A DNA stretch of 64,000 bases from Deltaproteobacteria bacterium (GCA_033763315.1 JANRKS010000023.1:32001-96000); one strand, 5' to 3'; shown: positions 53,464 to 63,516, counted from the stretch's first letter. Numbers and translations are program-made. The notes: generated by a model from the sequence alone, not told the origin.

Positions 53464-55020
53464 TTAGCCGTTGCGAATGATCGCCTCTGCCACGCGCACG
53501 CCGTCTAGCGCCGCGCTGACGATGCCACCTGCATAGCCTGCGCCTTCACCCGATGGATACAGGCCCGCCAGTGCGGGCGACTGCAGCGTGTCCGCATCGC
53601 GCAGAAGCCGCACAGGTGCGCTTGTGCGCGTCTCCACGCCCACCAAGACGCCGTCGTTGTGCGACAGGGGCCGCATACGCGCCACCAGCTGAGCCAAGCC
53701 TTCACGCATGGCTCGCGTTACGGGTGCAGGTAAAACATCATCCAGCTTGCGCGAGACGATGCCAGGCCGGTAGCTCGTGCGTGGCAAGTCTTTGCTCTCC
53801 TGGCCACGAATAAAATCCATCACCCGTTGTGCCGGCGCCTGCAACAGCGATCCGCCCGCGCGAAACGCAGCTTCCTCCACCGCGCGCTGAAAGTGAACGC
53901 CGGCCAAAGGACCTGCGGCGGAGGGACCGAAATCATCGGGCGCGACGCTGACCACGAAACCGGAATTCGCAAACGGTGAATCGCGTCGCGACAGGCTCAT
54001 GCCATTGACCACCACAGCCCCCTCCTCCGTCGATGCCGGCACAATCCAACCACCGGGGCACATACAAAAACTGTATACGCCGCGATCACATGACTGTGTT
54101 TTGAGTTCATAGAACGCCGCTGGCAACGCAGGATGCTCAGCGGCCGCCCCGTATTGCATCTGGTTGACCACAGGCTGCGGATGCTCCATGCGTACGCCCA
54201 ACGCAAACGCTTTGCGCTCAATCGCGATGTTGTTGCTGGCCGCCCATTCGTACACGGGCCGGGCCGAGTGGCCCACGGCCAGCACAACGGCGTCGGCTTC
54301 AATCTCAGCACCACCCGCGAGCTTCACGGCAACGATGCGATGATCAACAACGCGCAGACCGGCAAACTGTGTTTCGAAGTGATACGTGCCCCCATGCGCT
54401 TCGATGAATTGCCGCAACGACGTAAGGACTTTCGGCAAACGATTCGACCCCACGTGTGGACGCGAATCCACTTCCACCTCATCGGGCGCGCCGAAGCGGC
54501 GCAGATCAGAGAGGATCTGTGCAACGCCATCGCGATCTTTGGATCGCGTGTAAAGCTTGCCATCGGAGTAAGTGCCTGCTCCACCTTCACCGAAACAATA
54601 ATTCGAATCACTGTTGAGAACACCGCGCTGCAGGTTCGCAAGATCTTTGCGCCGCGGCTGCACCTGTTTGCCGCGCTCCAGAATCACGGGAGCAAGACCT
54701 GCTTCGATCAAACGCAAAGCGGCCCACGTTCCCGCTGGACCCGAACCCACGATCACCACGCGCTTGTGTGCGCGGCCGCTAGGCCATTGCACGGGATGGC
54801 GCTGCAGAAATGATCGCGGTGGGAGCGTTTCGCCAGCCCTGGCAACGTCTGCACGCACACGAAATCCCGCAGGACGGCCTTTGCGCGCGTCAAGAGCGCG
54901 ACGCACCACGCGAACGTCACCGGTGGATCCGGGGCGCCACCCTAACGCACGCGCCGCGAGCGACTCGATGGGCTCGCTGACAGCCGCAAGGGGAACAAAG
55001 AACTCGATGGTGGTCGTCAT
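53464..55020 (-). CDS. Uncharacterised FAD-dependent oxidoreductase
   Basis: VIVGSGPAG, FGEGGAGTYSDGKL, SFCMCPGG, GVETRTSAP, GEGAGYAGGIVSAALDG. Confidence 0.9.
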   Translation of the reverse strand: MTTTIEFFVPLAAVSEPIESLAARALGWRPGSTGDVRVVRRALDARKGRPAGFRVRADVARAGETLPPRSFLQRHPVQWPSGRAHKRVVIVGSGPAGTWAALRLIEAGLAPVILERGKQVQPRRKDLANLQRGVLNSDSNYCFGEGGAGTYSDGKLYTRSKDRDGVAQILSDLRRFGAPDEVEVDSRPHVGSNRLPKVLTSLRQFIEAHGGTYHFETQFAGLRVVDHRIVAVKLAGGAEIEADAVVLAVGHSARPVYEWAASNNIAIERKAFALGVRMEHPQPVVNQMQYGAAAEHPALPAAFYELKTQSCDRGVYSFCMCPGGWIVPASTEEGAVVVNGMSLSRRDSPFANSGFVVSVAPDDFGPSAAGPLAGVHFQRAVEEAAFRAGGSLLQAPAQRVMDFIRGQESKDLPRTSYRPGIVSRKLDDVLPAPVTRAMREGLAQLVARMRPLSHNDGVLVGVETRTSAPVRLLRDADTLQSPALAGLYPSGEGAGYAGGIVSAALDGVRVAEAIIRNG

Positions 55021-55562
55021 AGCGGCGTGTTGATCTTCGTTTGCAAAGCGACCTGCGTTCGGGCGAGCGCCGACTCCAGCACCGGTTGCCAACGCCTTGT
55101 TAAAGCGGTCTGTAACGTTTCTTCAACGATGCCCGCCGCGAGGTCGGTACCTTGTAACGGATCCTCGGCGAGCTCTGCGTAGTACGGTCGCCACTGCGTT
55201 GTGGGCGCGAACAGAACGCGCATGCCGAACTTATCTGCAAAGTGTGCTTGAAGTCGCAGCGTTGCATACTCTCGCGAGATATCGCGATCATCTGTATTTG
55301 CTAAACCCCAATCAACTTGCACCAAGTTCTGCTCACCCTCGACGAGTGCGTGGCACAGTTCGTGAAACACGAGTTGCGCAACACAATCATCAGCATCAAG
55401 CGTTTCCGCAGTTCCGATTAAGATTGTGCCGTGCCCGTCCGATGACGCGTAGGCTTCATCGCTGCGAGACACCGTGAATCCAAGTTGGCCCGCAACATGC
55501 AACCAAATCTTGTCCACTTCGTCGCAATTCAAAGGACTGGGTCGTATCGAATTTCTCTGCAT
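55017..55562 (-). CDS. HExxH-containing hypothetical protein (possibly EpmC/YfcM-like)
   Basis: QLVFHELCH...DWGL...E. Stop overlaps the oxidoreductase ATG (ATGA). Start uncertain. Confidence 0.55.
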   Translation of the reverse strand: MQRNSIRPSPLNCDEVDKIWLHVAGQLGFTVSRSDEAYASSDGHGTILIGTAETLDADDCVAQLVFHELCHALVEGEQNLVQVDWGLANTDDRDISREYATLRLQAHFADKFGMRVLFAPTTQWRPYYAELAEDPLQGTDLAAGIVEETLQTALTRRWQPVLESALARTQVALQTKINTPL

Positions 55563-55814
55563 GCTCGAACAGTCCACTATTACAGAATTTCGCGCACTTG
55601 CGAGAGATCTGAGATGAAGCGACATGCGTTTGGGGCTTGTTTTAGGCCGATTTTCATTGACTAAGGCTTCATAAACACATAAATCCTCGACTCTCGACCC
55701 TATCCCATACCGGCCCACACACTAATTGTGCTGACGCCGTCCTCGCTCCGACGCCCTGGAAACTCCGAAAAGAGTTTCGAGCCAAAGCAGAGTTAAACCA
55801 GCGGGATAAATATT

Positions 55815-56741
55815 TTGCTTCTGTCGAATTCAACGAACATCGTAAGCGCCATCCTCGCCGTGGCTGGCGCGCTATCAACCCTAACCTCCGCGGAGGCGGG
55901 TGAACATGCACCTAAAGTGCAGAGTTTGCCGGCAAAAACGCCATCTGCGCCGACGACTGGTGCGATTCATGCAGACAGCGCCGCGTCGCCTCCCACCTTC
56001 GACGAAACATGTTTCGCCGAAACGGTTTGCCGCCTCAAAGAGAAATTGCGTTGGCAAAAGCCCGCGTGGGATGCCGATTTCTGTAAACAGATTGCGCATG
56101 ACTTTGTCACCGCGGCCAACGAATTCGATCTGCATCCCGCCCTGTTGTTGGCGATAGCTATCAACGAGAGCGATCTGGATGAGACGGCCGTTTTGCCAAC
56201 GGTTCGCGGCGATAACGTTTACGCGAAAGACGGTGGCCTGATGGGCATCCGCTGCATCTTGGACGACAAGGGGCGCTGCACAAATGGCAACGTCAAAGGC
56301 CGGATGTGGAACGCAATCATGACCCCACAAGAGAACATCGTTCTAGGGGCGCGGGAGTTGGCGCATTACCGCGATGGCGCTGCGATCGAGCGCGTAGAGA
56401 CGCGCGTTCGCGGCCGTGATGGCCGCGTTTCCAAAGTCACGCGCACCAGCCGCTGCAAGCATAAGACGCATGCGTATTGGGCGCACTATAACCACGGGCC
56501 GCTGTACCGGACGGAGGGGTATGCGCGGCATTACCCCCATCGGGTGGCCGTTGTTTACTATGCACTTGTGACGGCCATGGGGCTTCCCGTGCCAAGCGAA
56601 CTCACAGGTCGCATAACGATCGTCGATCGTGGACTGCGCCCGCGCACCGCCGACCGTCCCGTGGAACAACGATTCAAGGATTTGGTGGGCGTCATCGAGA
56701 ACGCACCCAATTCTTGCTCAAACCTTGCCACACTAAATTAA
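55815..56741 (+). CDS. Lytic transglycosylase (SLT-like) exported protein
   Basis: LHPALLLAIAINES (catalytic Glu), GLMGI, ENIVLGARELAHY, AHYNHG. Confidence 0.7.
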   Translation: MLLSNSTNIVSAILAVAGALSTLTSAEAGEHAPKVQSLPAKTPSAPTTGAIHADSAASPPTFDETCFAETVCRLKEKLRWQKPAWDADFCKQIAHDFVTAANEFDLHPALLLAIAINESDLDETAVLPTVRGDNVYAKDGGLMGIRCILDDKGRCTNGNVKGRMWNAIMTPQENIVLGARELAHYRDGAAIERVETRVRGRDGRVSKVTRTSRCKHKTHAYWAHYNHGPLYRTEGYARHYPHRVAVVYYALVTAMGLPVPSELTGRITIVDRGLRPRTADRPVEQRFKDLVGVIENAPNSCSNLATLN

Positions 56742-56767
56742 CGAACGCGGAACTAGCAAACGCGCCG

Positions 56768-58414
56768 CTAGCAGACGCGCTCGACGAGGCCGTGTTTGAG
56801 CAGCCACGCCGTAAGCATGTGTGCAGCCAAGGTGCCTTTGTGCCCCGCACTCCACCGCGTGGATTGTAAATACTGGCACAGCTGGGCGGAGGACAGCGGG
56901 GCCGCTCGCACGGCGGCCAAAGCGAAATCCACGTCTGCTTCGTCGAACAGCGTTTTGAGTTCGGGATGCAAGTGCAACTTAGATGCGTCTGCAAATGTTG
57001 ATGCAGCCAAAGCCTCTGCTGTTCCAGATTGCGCAAAATGTCGCGCAAATATACGCGAGAAATCCATGCCAAGCGATGATGCAATGGCATTGCGTTTACT
57101 GTTCATGCGCAACCGCCGCCACACAGCCTCATACGCGGGAATGATCGCGGACCACGAATACTTTTGGGTGGCCCACGCCCGCGCGGCGGCGCCTTTGCGC
57201 TGGCGGTCGCCAGGGTCTGCGCAGACGTGCAACAATGTTGTCAACAACGCCTGAGGATCCACAGAGGTGGATTGCCCCAGCAACAGATGCAAAGGCCGCT
57301 CGTAAAGCGAAAGCCCCCAGTTTTTCAGGATGGAAAGGTCAGCTTCCATCGTGGTTTTCACACGCCAGCCCACCTCGGGTGGCACGGTATCTTGGTAACC
57401 ATCGAAATCAGAAACGACCGCGGGCAAACCCATGGCCATGGCTTCGATCACAGCCAAGCCAAACGTCTCTTGCACGTTGTCACTGGGCGAAAGGAAAACA
57501 TCGGCGGCGGCCAACCACGCGCCTTTTTCGGCCACGGGAAAGTCGACGACCAGATGCAATCGATCCGACACGCCCATAGCGTCGCCCCACAGCTTCACCA
57601 TCTCGGGGGTGCCGGTGCCCTGGCGTGCACCCGCAAGGACAAGATGAATGTCCCGCCTTGCGGTTTGCGCGAGCAACCGTGCGAACACGCGGACCAGCGG
57701 AAACAGGTCCATCTTGTCGTATTCAGAAAAGCGACCGAGACACAGCAGAACCAGAGCTTCATCGCCAATGCCGAGGCGCGCGCGCATTTCAGATCGCGGC
57801 AGATGATTGGCACTGGCCACAAGCGCATCTACATCGATGCCCAACGGCACCAGGGCACGCTCGAAGTTCATCGGGGGTGTTTGCCAGCCACGCGCCGCCG
57901 CACTTTCGGCAACCACTGCCAAGCTCTCATCCAAGGCCAAACGACCGGCTTGGCTTGAACAAAACACAGCGTCGCCCTGCCCCGGTGGCTGCAGGTACCC
58001 GCGCACATAACTTTCCAACATGCGCGGGTAAGACAAGCTGTGAATTTGCCCGGTCACCGGCACATGCACTTGCGCAAAAGCATCGCGCAACGCCACGAGA
58101 TCGAAGAACCAGCCCCAATGGCTTTCATGATGAATCACCGAGATTTCGCCGGCACCCAAGAGATCCGGTAACTCCAAGCGGTGGGCGATGGCGATGCGCT
58201 GCGGATCCACGTGATCCATGCTGGCAATGAATGCCTCCACCGCGGGCCGCTGCGCCTGCTCGCCCACGAAGAACATAAAGCGAGCCACGTCGCCATAGCG
58301 CACCAGCGCCCGCAAGAACGACTCGTTCGCCACACGCCGGCCCACCAACACACCTTCACCGCCCCACCCACCGGCTTCGACGCCGGGCTCGATAAACATC
58401 GCAAGGGTGTGCAT
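56768..58414 (-). CDS. Glycosyltransferase family 4
   Basis: VPLGID, CLGRF, ADVFLSPSDNVQETFGLAVIEAMAMGLPAVVSD. Confidence 0.92.
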   Translation of the reverse strand: MHTLAMFIEPGVEAGGWGGEGVLVGRRVANESFLRALVRYGDVARFMFFVGEQAQRPAVEAFIASMDHVDPQRIAIAHRLELPDLLGAGEISVIHHESHWGWFFDLVALRDAFAQVHVPVTGQIHSLSYPRMLESYVRGYLQPPGQGDAVFCSSQAGRLALDESLAVVAESAAARGWQTPPMNFERALVPLGIDVDALVASANHLPRSEMRARLGIGDEALVLLCLGRFSEYDKMDLFPLVRVFARLLAQTARRDIHLVLAGARQGTGTPEMVKLWGDAMGVSDRLHLVVDFPVAEKGAWLAAADVFLSPSDNVQETFGLAVIEAMAMGLPAVVSDFDGYQDTVPPEVGWRVKTTMEADLSILKNWGLSLYERPLHLLLGQSTSVDPQALLTTLLHVCADPGDRQRKGAAARAWATQKYSWSAIIPAYEAVWRRLRMNSKRNAIASSLGMDFSRIFARHFAQSGTAEALAASTFADASKLHLHPELKTLFDEADVDFALAAVRAAPLSSAQLCQYLQSTRWSAGHKGTLAAHMLTAWLLKHGLVERVC

Positions 58415-58567
58415 GCTTCATGGAAGCTGGGTGGCGGGCTGGCGTCAACTTTCCGCCTGTAGCTTGGCCCCGAAGGTGTGGCCTCAAGCGCCGTGCGGTC
58501 CTAAACTTAAGTGGGGCGAGGCTTTGGCTGCGTACCTCTGCCGCCGATGTCAAAGGAGATCTTTGTC

Positions 58568-59407
58568 ATGCAACCAAGCCGCGCGCGGGCCAACGAGGCC
58601 AATCTGGTGAATTTGGATCGGGACCACCCCGGTTTTCGCGATCTTGCCTACCGCGAACGCCGTGGCCACATCGCTCGTGCGGCACTCGAATTCGAAGAGG
58701 GACAACCCATTCCCACCATCGAATACACTGACGAAGAGCACGCCGTTTGGCAGACGGTGTGGCAGAAGCTTTCGCCCATTCACGCGCGGTACGCTTGTCG
58801 CGAATACCTCGATGGGCTGAGCCATTTGCCGCTGCGACACGACCGTATTCCTCAACTTGCGGATGTTAGCGCCCAGCTCTCGCAGGCGAGTGGCTTTCGC
58901 ATGTTGCCGGTGGCTGGGTTGGTGACGTCGCAGGTGTTCCTAACGCAACTGTCTCGGCGCGTATTTCTTTCCACGCAATACATCCGACACAGCAGCCGCC
59001 CGTTGTACACGCCCGAGCCAGACTTGATCCATGAAGTGGTGGGACACGCGTCGTCGCTGTGCAATCCAGACCTTGCGGCGCTCAATCAAAGATTCGGTGA
59101 GGTGGCCGCGCGTGCGCCCGCGGAGCGCATCGTCGAGCTTGAGCGGCTTTACTGGTACACGGTTGAATTCGGCACCGTGCTGCAAGACGGTAAACCCAAG
59201 GCCTATGGCGCAGGCTTGCTGTCTTCGTTCGGTGAATTGGGCCGTTTCGCTACGGATGCGTTTTTGAGGCCGTTCGATGTGGAGTCAGCCACAGCACATG
59301 CATATGACCCCACCGACTATCAGAAGATGCTGTTCTTTGTGCCATCGTTGGCCTTCTTGCGCGAGCGGCTCGACCGCTTCTTTTCGGACCGCTTTGCGGT
59401 GTCGTGA
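58568..59407 (+). CDS. phhA: Phenylalanine 4-monooxygenase (aromatic amino acid hydroxylase)
   Basis: TQYIRH, YTPEPDLIHEVVGH, LYWYTVEFG, AYGAGLLSSFGE. AAGGAG RBS 9 nt before the ATG at 58568. Confidence 0.92.
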   Translation: MQPSRARANEANLVNLDRDHPGFRDLAYRERRGHIARAALEFEEGQPIPTIEYTDEEHAVWQTVWQKLSPIHARYACREYLDGLSHLPLRHDRIPQLADVSAQLSQASGFRMLPVAGLVTSQVFLTQLSRRVFLSTQYIRHSSRPLYTPEPDLIHEVVGHASSLCNPDLAALNQRFGEVAARAPAERIVELERLYWYTVEFGTVLQDGKPKAYGAGLLSSFGELGRFATDAFLRPFDVESATAHAYDPTDYQKMLFFVPSLAFLRERLDRFFSDRFAVS

Positions 59408-59447
59408 CAGCCGATGAAGGCCGGAAGTCTGGTAGGCTTGGGCCGTC

Positions 59448-60032
59448 ATGAGCGCAAGCAACCTTGGCAAGTTCACGATCCACGGCAACGAAGCGGCTTT
59501 ATGCATCGTTGATTTTCAAGAGCGGCTGGCCACGGCGATGCCCGAAGCGCTGCGCTTGGCTTGCGAGAGGAACATCGTATTGCTCTTGGAGGTGGCCCAG
59601 CGGCAAGGCTGGCCCGTGCTCGTGACTGAACAATACCCCAAGGGCTTAGGTGGCACGGTGCCCACGTTGCAAAGGGCGTTGGGAGCTCGATCCAACGGCG
59701 TCTTTCACCTGGAAAAGCTGCACTTTTCCGCAAGCAGCGCTCCGGGATTCGATGAGCTGTTCGCCCAGATCGCGCGGCGACAATGGGTGGTCACCGGCAT
59801 GGAAACGCATGTGTGTGTCTATCAAACGGTGCGCGGGCTGCTTGAGCGCGGTGTCAGTGTGCATGTCCCCGAAGACACGGTGGTGTCGCGCGCGGGAGCG
59901 AACCGGGCGCGGGGCTTAACGTTGATGGAAAGCATGGGGGCCGTGGTGACGTGCACAGAAACGGTTCTGTTTGACGCCCTCCACGTGGCCGGCACCGATG
60001 ACTTCAAAGCGCTGTCGAAGCAGCTTCGGTAG
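59448..60032 (+). CDS. Isochorismatase-family hydrolase (YcaC/ISOC-like)
   Basis: IVDFQERL, TEQYPKGLG, K..FS, GMETHVCVYQT. Confidence 0.9.
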   Translation: MSASNLGKFTIHGNEAALCIVDFQERLATAMPEALRLACERNIVLLLEVAQRQGWPVLVTEQYPKGLGGTVPTLQRALGARSNGVFHLEKLHFSASSAPGFDELFAQIARRQWVVTGMETHVCVYQTVRGLLERGVSVHVPEDTVVSRAGANRARGLTLMESMGAVVTCTETVLFDALHVAGTDDFKALSKQLR

Positions 60033-60036
60033 GGCG

Positions 60037-61329
60037 CTAGGCCGCGACGGGCTCGGGATTCAGCCAGCCGGGCATGGCAGCAAGTTCACTGAGGGTGGCC
60101 GATAGCTCTAGGGTGGCGCCATGGACGGCTTCATAGGCTTTTACAAAGTCACCCACTCCACCCCGCCCCGCAGCCTCCCTGCAGATGAGCAGCGCGGACA
60201 ACAGCGCCTCGCGATCCAAAGGATTCGCTTTGAGTGCGTTCTCGGTGTGGCTCCAGGCCTCCCAAAGATCGCCGCGCATCAGGGCCAAGCGTGACAAACC
60301 CAGCAAAGGGCGCACCGAGGCCAACTGTTGATCGCGCGTGACATCGCGCAGAGCCATGCACTTGCAGAACTCTGCGGCGGCACGCAGTGGCTCACCCACG
60401 GACTCCCACAGCTCGGCCATACGCAGGTGATACGCGGCCGATGGGGAGATGCGATCCGCCCAAGGTGACAGGAACAACAGCGCGGCGTTTGCATCCGCTT
60501 TGTAAAGACCCTGCACCATCATGGAAAGCAGTTCGCCGGCAAAAGGAAAACCGGCGAGTCCGTATCCGCCCAATGCCGGCAAGTGGCCCCGGAAAGCATT
60601 GACCGTGCCCGTAAGCAGCTCGTCGTCCTTCCAGAACGAAGCAACCTCCAGCAGCTTGTACCAGCTGTAAAGATCAGTCGGGTCGGCCCCCAAGCAACGA
60701 CGAAGCAACGTGACGTCGCGTTCCTTCTTGTTCTTCTCTTGCGCTCGTTCCATTTGGTAGCCCAGATGCTCAACAACCCCCGTCAGTGCCGACACGCGCT
60801 TGGCGCTTCGTCGCAAACACGGCTCAAGGGAGCTCCACACCTCTTCGTGGATGGGATAGCGAAAAGTGACGTCGGGAAAGCGACGAAACAGCCGCAGGAG
60901 ATTCGAGAGATGGACATTTCCGTGCGGCAGGCGGTTGCGGAACACCAAAGTCGCGGCGCCCACACCGGCATTCTTGGTGGTGAGACGGATCTGTTCCTTC
61001 ACCTCGTCGCAAAGCATTTCGTCGGCGTCGAGGTAAAGCACCCAATCACCCCGCGCCGCCGCCAAGCCAAAGTTGCGAGCCGCCGCGAAGTCATGGTCCC
61101 AAGGCCGCTCAAGCACGATCGCGCCGGCAGCCTTTGCAATGTTGACGGTGTTGTCTTGCGACCCCGTATCCACCACGACCAGTTCGTCCCACACGCCTGC
61201 GGCACGCTCTAGACACTTGCCCAGCAACGCTTCTTCGTCTTTGACGATCATGCACAGGGTAACGGTTGTGCCCGCCAGATCGGCGGTCGCCACGGGTTGT
61301 TTCGGCAGTTTTGCGGTTGTCATTTGCAT
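60037..61329 (-). CDS. GT2 glycosyltransferase with TPR-like C-terminus (probable flagellin glycosyltransferase)
   Basis: TLCMIVKDEE, VVDTGSQD, DFAAARN, LDADE, IHE, HLGY. Last gene of the fliD-fliS operon. Confidence 0.88.
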   Translation of the reverse strand: MQMTTAKLPKQPVATADLAGTTVTLCMIVKDEEALLGKCLERAAGVWDELVVVDTGSQDNTVNIAKAAGAIVLERPWDHDFAAARNFGLAAARGDWVLYLDADEMLCDEVKEQIRLTTKNAGVGAATLVFRNRLPHGNVHLSNLLRLFRRFPDVTFRYPIHEEVWSSLEPCLRRSAKRVSALTGVVEHLGYQMERAQEKNKKERDVTLLRRCLGADPTDLYSWYKLLEVASFWKDDELLTGTVNAFRGHLPALGGYGLAGFPFAGELLSMMVQGLYKADANAALLFLSPWADRISPSAAYHLRMAELWESVGEPLRAAAEFCKCMALRDVTRDQQLASVRPLLGLSRLALMRGDLWEAWSHTENALKANPLDREALLSALLICREAAGRGGVGDFVKAYEAVHGATLELSATLSELAAMPGWLNPEPVAA

Positions 61330-61332
61330 GAG

Positions 61333-61617
61333 CTATCCTCGATAGTTCTGCATGGCACGGGACGTGTTGCCCGCATGTTGTAGATCTTGATGCAAGCGTC
61401 GTCCCCAATCGGCCGTCAACGTCACGCAGCGAGCGAACAGCGTCTTGGCGTCTTGCAGGGCTTCGGGTGAAAGCACAATGCCCGCTTGCCGACAAGCCTC
61501 GACCGCATCGGCCAGGGCCTGCCCCGTTGTGCCTGCTTCGATCCAGCGCCCGTGCATCAGGTGCGATTCCAGATCTGACAGAGCCATGCGGAAGGCGACA
61601 AGCGGCGCAAGGGTCAC
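61333..61617 (-). CDS. Small helical protein in the FliT position
   Basis: GTG start abuts the fliS stop. 94-aa helical ORF ending RAMQNYRG. Confidence 0.55.
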   Translation of the reverse strand: MTLAPLVAFRMALSDLESHLMHGRWIEAGTTGQALADAVEACRQAGIVLSPEALQDAKTLFARCVTLTADWGRRLHQDLQHAGNTSRAMQNYRG

Positions 61618-62016
61618 TTATCGGGCCTCTTGTGCAATTTTACCCTCGGCTTGAAGCTTCTCGACCGCGCCTTGGAAGCCCTCAACGATGGGCAAGAACA
61701 CGCGTTCGGCTTCACGTGCGGCCTTCGCATCATGCGCGATCGCCGCGGTCACCAGACGACCGTTGACGAAACCATAGAGCTCTTTGAGCGAAGCGCACAG
61801 TTCAGGGGCCTTGCTGGAGTCCAGCGTTCGCGAAAGTTCCATCACAATGTCCGAGGCCTTCGTGAGGGGCAGCAAGGCTTGATCGAACCGATTGGTCTCC
61901 AGGGCTTGGGCGCCACTGCGGATGTGACGCAAACCGGCCTCAAACAGCAGGACCATAAGGCGTTCCTTGGAGGCGGTGGCATTCTGAGTTTGCGCATAAC
62001 GATTGACTTGGTTCAT
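61618..62016 (-). CDS. fliS: Flagellin export chaperone FliS
   Basis: YAQTQNATASKERLMVLLFEAG...KASDIVMEL..TLD...LKELYGF. Adjacent to fliD. Confidence 0.93.
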   Translation of the reverse strand: MNQVNRYAQTQNATASKERLMVLLFEAGLRHIRSGAQALETNRFDQALLPLTKASDIVMELSRTLDSSKAPELCASLKELYGFVNGRLVTAAIAHDAKAAREAERVFLPIVEGFQGAVEKLQAEGKIAQEAR

Positions 62017-62030
62017 GTCGATTCACTCCC

Positions 62031-63368
62031 CTATTTGAAATTCTGTGACAGGAAATTGCCGGTCGCCTTGAGTCCCGAAATCGTTTTTTCCATGGCGGTG
62101 AATTGATTCACCAAGTTCGTTCGGAAGGCCTCAAGCCGAAGGTTCATGCTTTCAAGTTGGCGCCCCATCCCGTTGAGCTGAGAACTGATGCTGCTCTTGC
62201 GCTTGGTCAAGATGCCGTCGGCCGAGTTTGTGTAAAGGCTGGACAGACTGTCCACCACCGCCGAAACGCCGGTTGTGGCGGTCGAGAAGATGCTGTTGAC
62301 GGCGCTGGAGTCCTGATCTAACGCCTTTTGAAGCTTCGCGGTATCGATGCTGACCGTGCCGTCTTTTGAATTGGTCTTGAGGCCGAGATCAGCCAACGTC
62401 CTGACGTTGCCCAGCCCACTGACCGTATTTGTAATGATGTTCTGCAAGGACCTTTGTAAAGAACGCAGTGAACCATCGCCGGCCAAAGTTTGGTTGCGGT
62501 CGCTCAATATCGAAGGGCTCAAGTTCACCGTGATTGCGCCCATCACAGAGTTATAGGTATCAACGAAGGACTTGAGGTTCGCCGCCGTTTGCGTGGTGTC
62601 GTTCTCGAGCAGCAGCGTTTCTTGACCGGTGCCCTGCTTCTTCAGAACCAGGGTTGTGCCGGGCACGGCGTCTTTCACCGTGTTGGAGCTGCGCTCAAAG
62701 TCGAGGCCGTTGACTTTGAACTCCGCGTTTACGGCGTCGGTCTCGGTGAATGCGATGTTCTCGCCCGTAAGGCCCGTTTGGTTCAGTGTGACATTGAGGG
62801 CATTCGCGGCCGTGGTGCCCACCGTAAAACCGGAATCTTTGCGAACGATGCTTAAAAAGTCCTGCGTGCCATTGTTAAGAACAGTGGCGGTAACGGCCGC
62901 CCCTGATTGTTTGATCGCCGTCGCGATGGTGGCCAGGGAGTCGCCCTCGTTTATGGCGATCGCGTAGTTTGTTCCCTCGATGCTGACGGTCATCGTGCCC
63001 GACTTCATCGCAGCGTCTTTGGTGTTGCCACCGCTACGTGCACGCGCTGCCGTGGCGAGTTGGGTCACTTCAATGTCGTACTGCCCCGCTGCGGCACCGG
63101 TTCCAGGCGTGGCCGAAAACGCCGTGTTCTCGGTTGTGGACTTTACGCCGAGGCCACCATCAGTGGCGAGTTTCGAAGCCGCCGTTTTGAACGCCTGAAG
63201 CTTCGACGTGAGATCGCCCAGAACCGACACTTGGCGGTTGAACGCTGACTGCCTCTGCTGAAGACGCCCGATCGGAATCGATTCGATCTTGGTCAGCTGC
63301 TCAATGATGTAGTTGGTATCTAACCCCGAGGCCAAGCCACTGGCTCTAAATGGTGCTTCGTCGGCCAT
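62031..63368 (-). CDS. fliD: Flagellar filament cap protein FliD
   Basis: SGLASGLDT, IEVTQLATA, RSSNTVKDAVPGTTLVL, FVDTYN, QFTAME. Confidence 0.93.
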   Translation of the reverse strand: MADEAPFRASGLASGLDTNYIIEQLTKIESIPIGRLQQRQSAFNRQVSVLGDLTSKLQAFKTAASKLATDGGLGVKSTTENTAFSATPGTGAAAGQYDIEVTQLATAARARSGGNTKDAAMKSGTMTVSIEGTNYAIAINEGDSLATIATAIKQSGAAVTATVLNNGTQDFLSIVRKDSGFTVGTTAANALNVTLNQTGLTGENIAFTETDAVNAEFKVNGLDFERSSNTVKDAVPGTTLVLKKQGTGQETLLLENDTTQTAANLKSFVDTYNSVMGAITVNLSPSILSDRNQTLAGDGSLRSLQRSLQNIITNTVSGLGNVRTLADLGLKTNSKDGTVSIDTAKLQKALDQDSSAVNSIFSTATTGVSAVVDSLSSLYTNSADGILTKRKSSISSQLNGMGRQLESMNLRLEAFRTNLVNQFTAMEKTISGLKATGNFLSQNFK

Positions 63369-63436
63369 GGTCGATTCCTCTGTGAGCAACCCCTTGTTTA
63401 CGCGAAAAGCCGCCTTTTCTGGGTTCTCGTCCAGAA

Positions 63437-63464
63437 ACAGCGGCTCCTTGCGCCGAAAACTTTA
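63437..63464 (-). promoter_or_regulatory. Possible sigma28 promoter for fliD
   Basis: TAAAGTTT-N12-GCCGCTGT versus TAAAGTTT-N11-GCCGATAA. Good -35, weak -10. Confidence 0.3.
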
Positions 63465-63477
63465 GCCTCATGCGCGA

Positions 63478-63504
63478 AGGGGCCCCATATTTCGTGGGCC
63501 CCCT
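63478..63504 (-). terminator. GC-rich hairpin directly after the flagellin stop (terminator or processing site)
   Basis: AGGGGCCCCA...TGGGCCCCCT imperfect inverted repeat with a weak U-tract. Confidence 0.45.
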
Positions 63505-63516
63505 GCGCCGCGGCGA

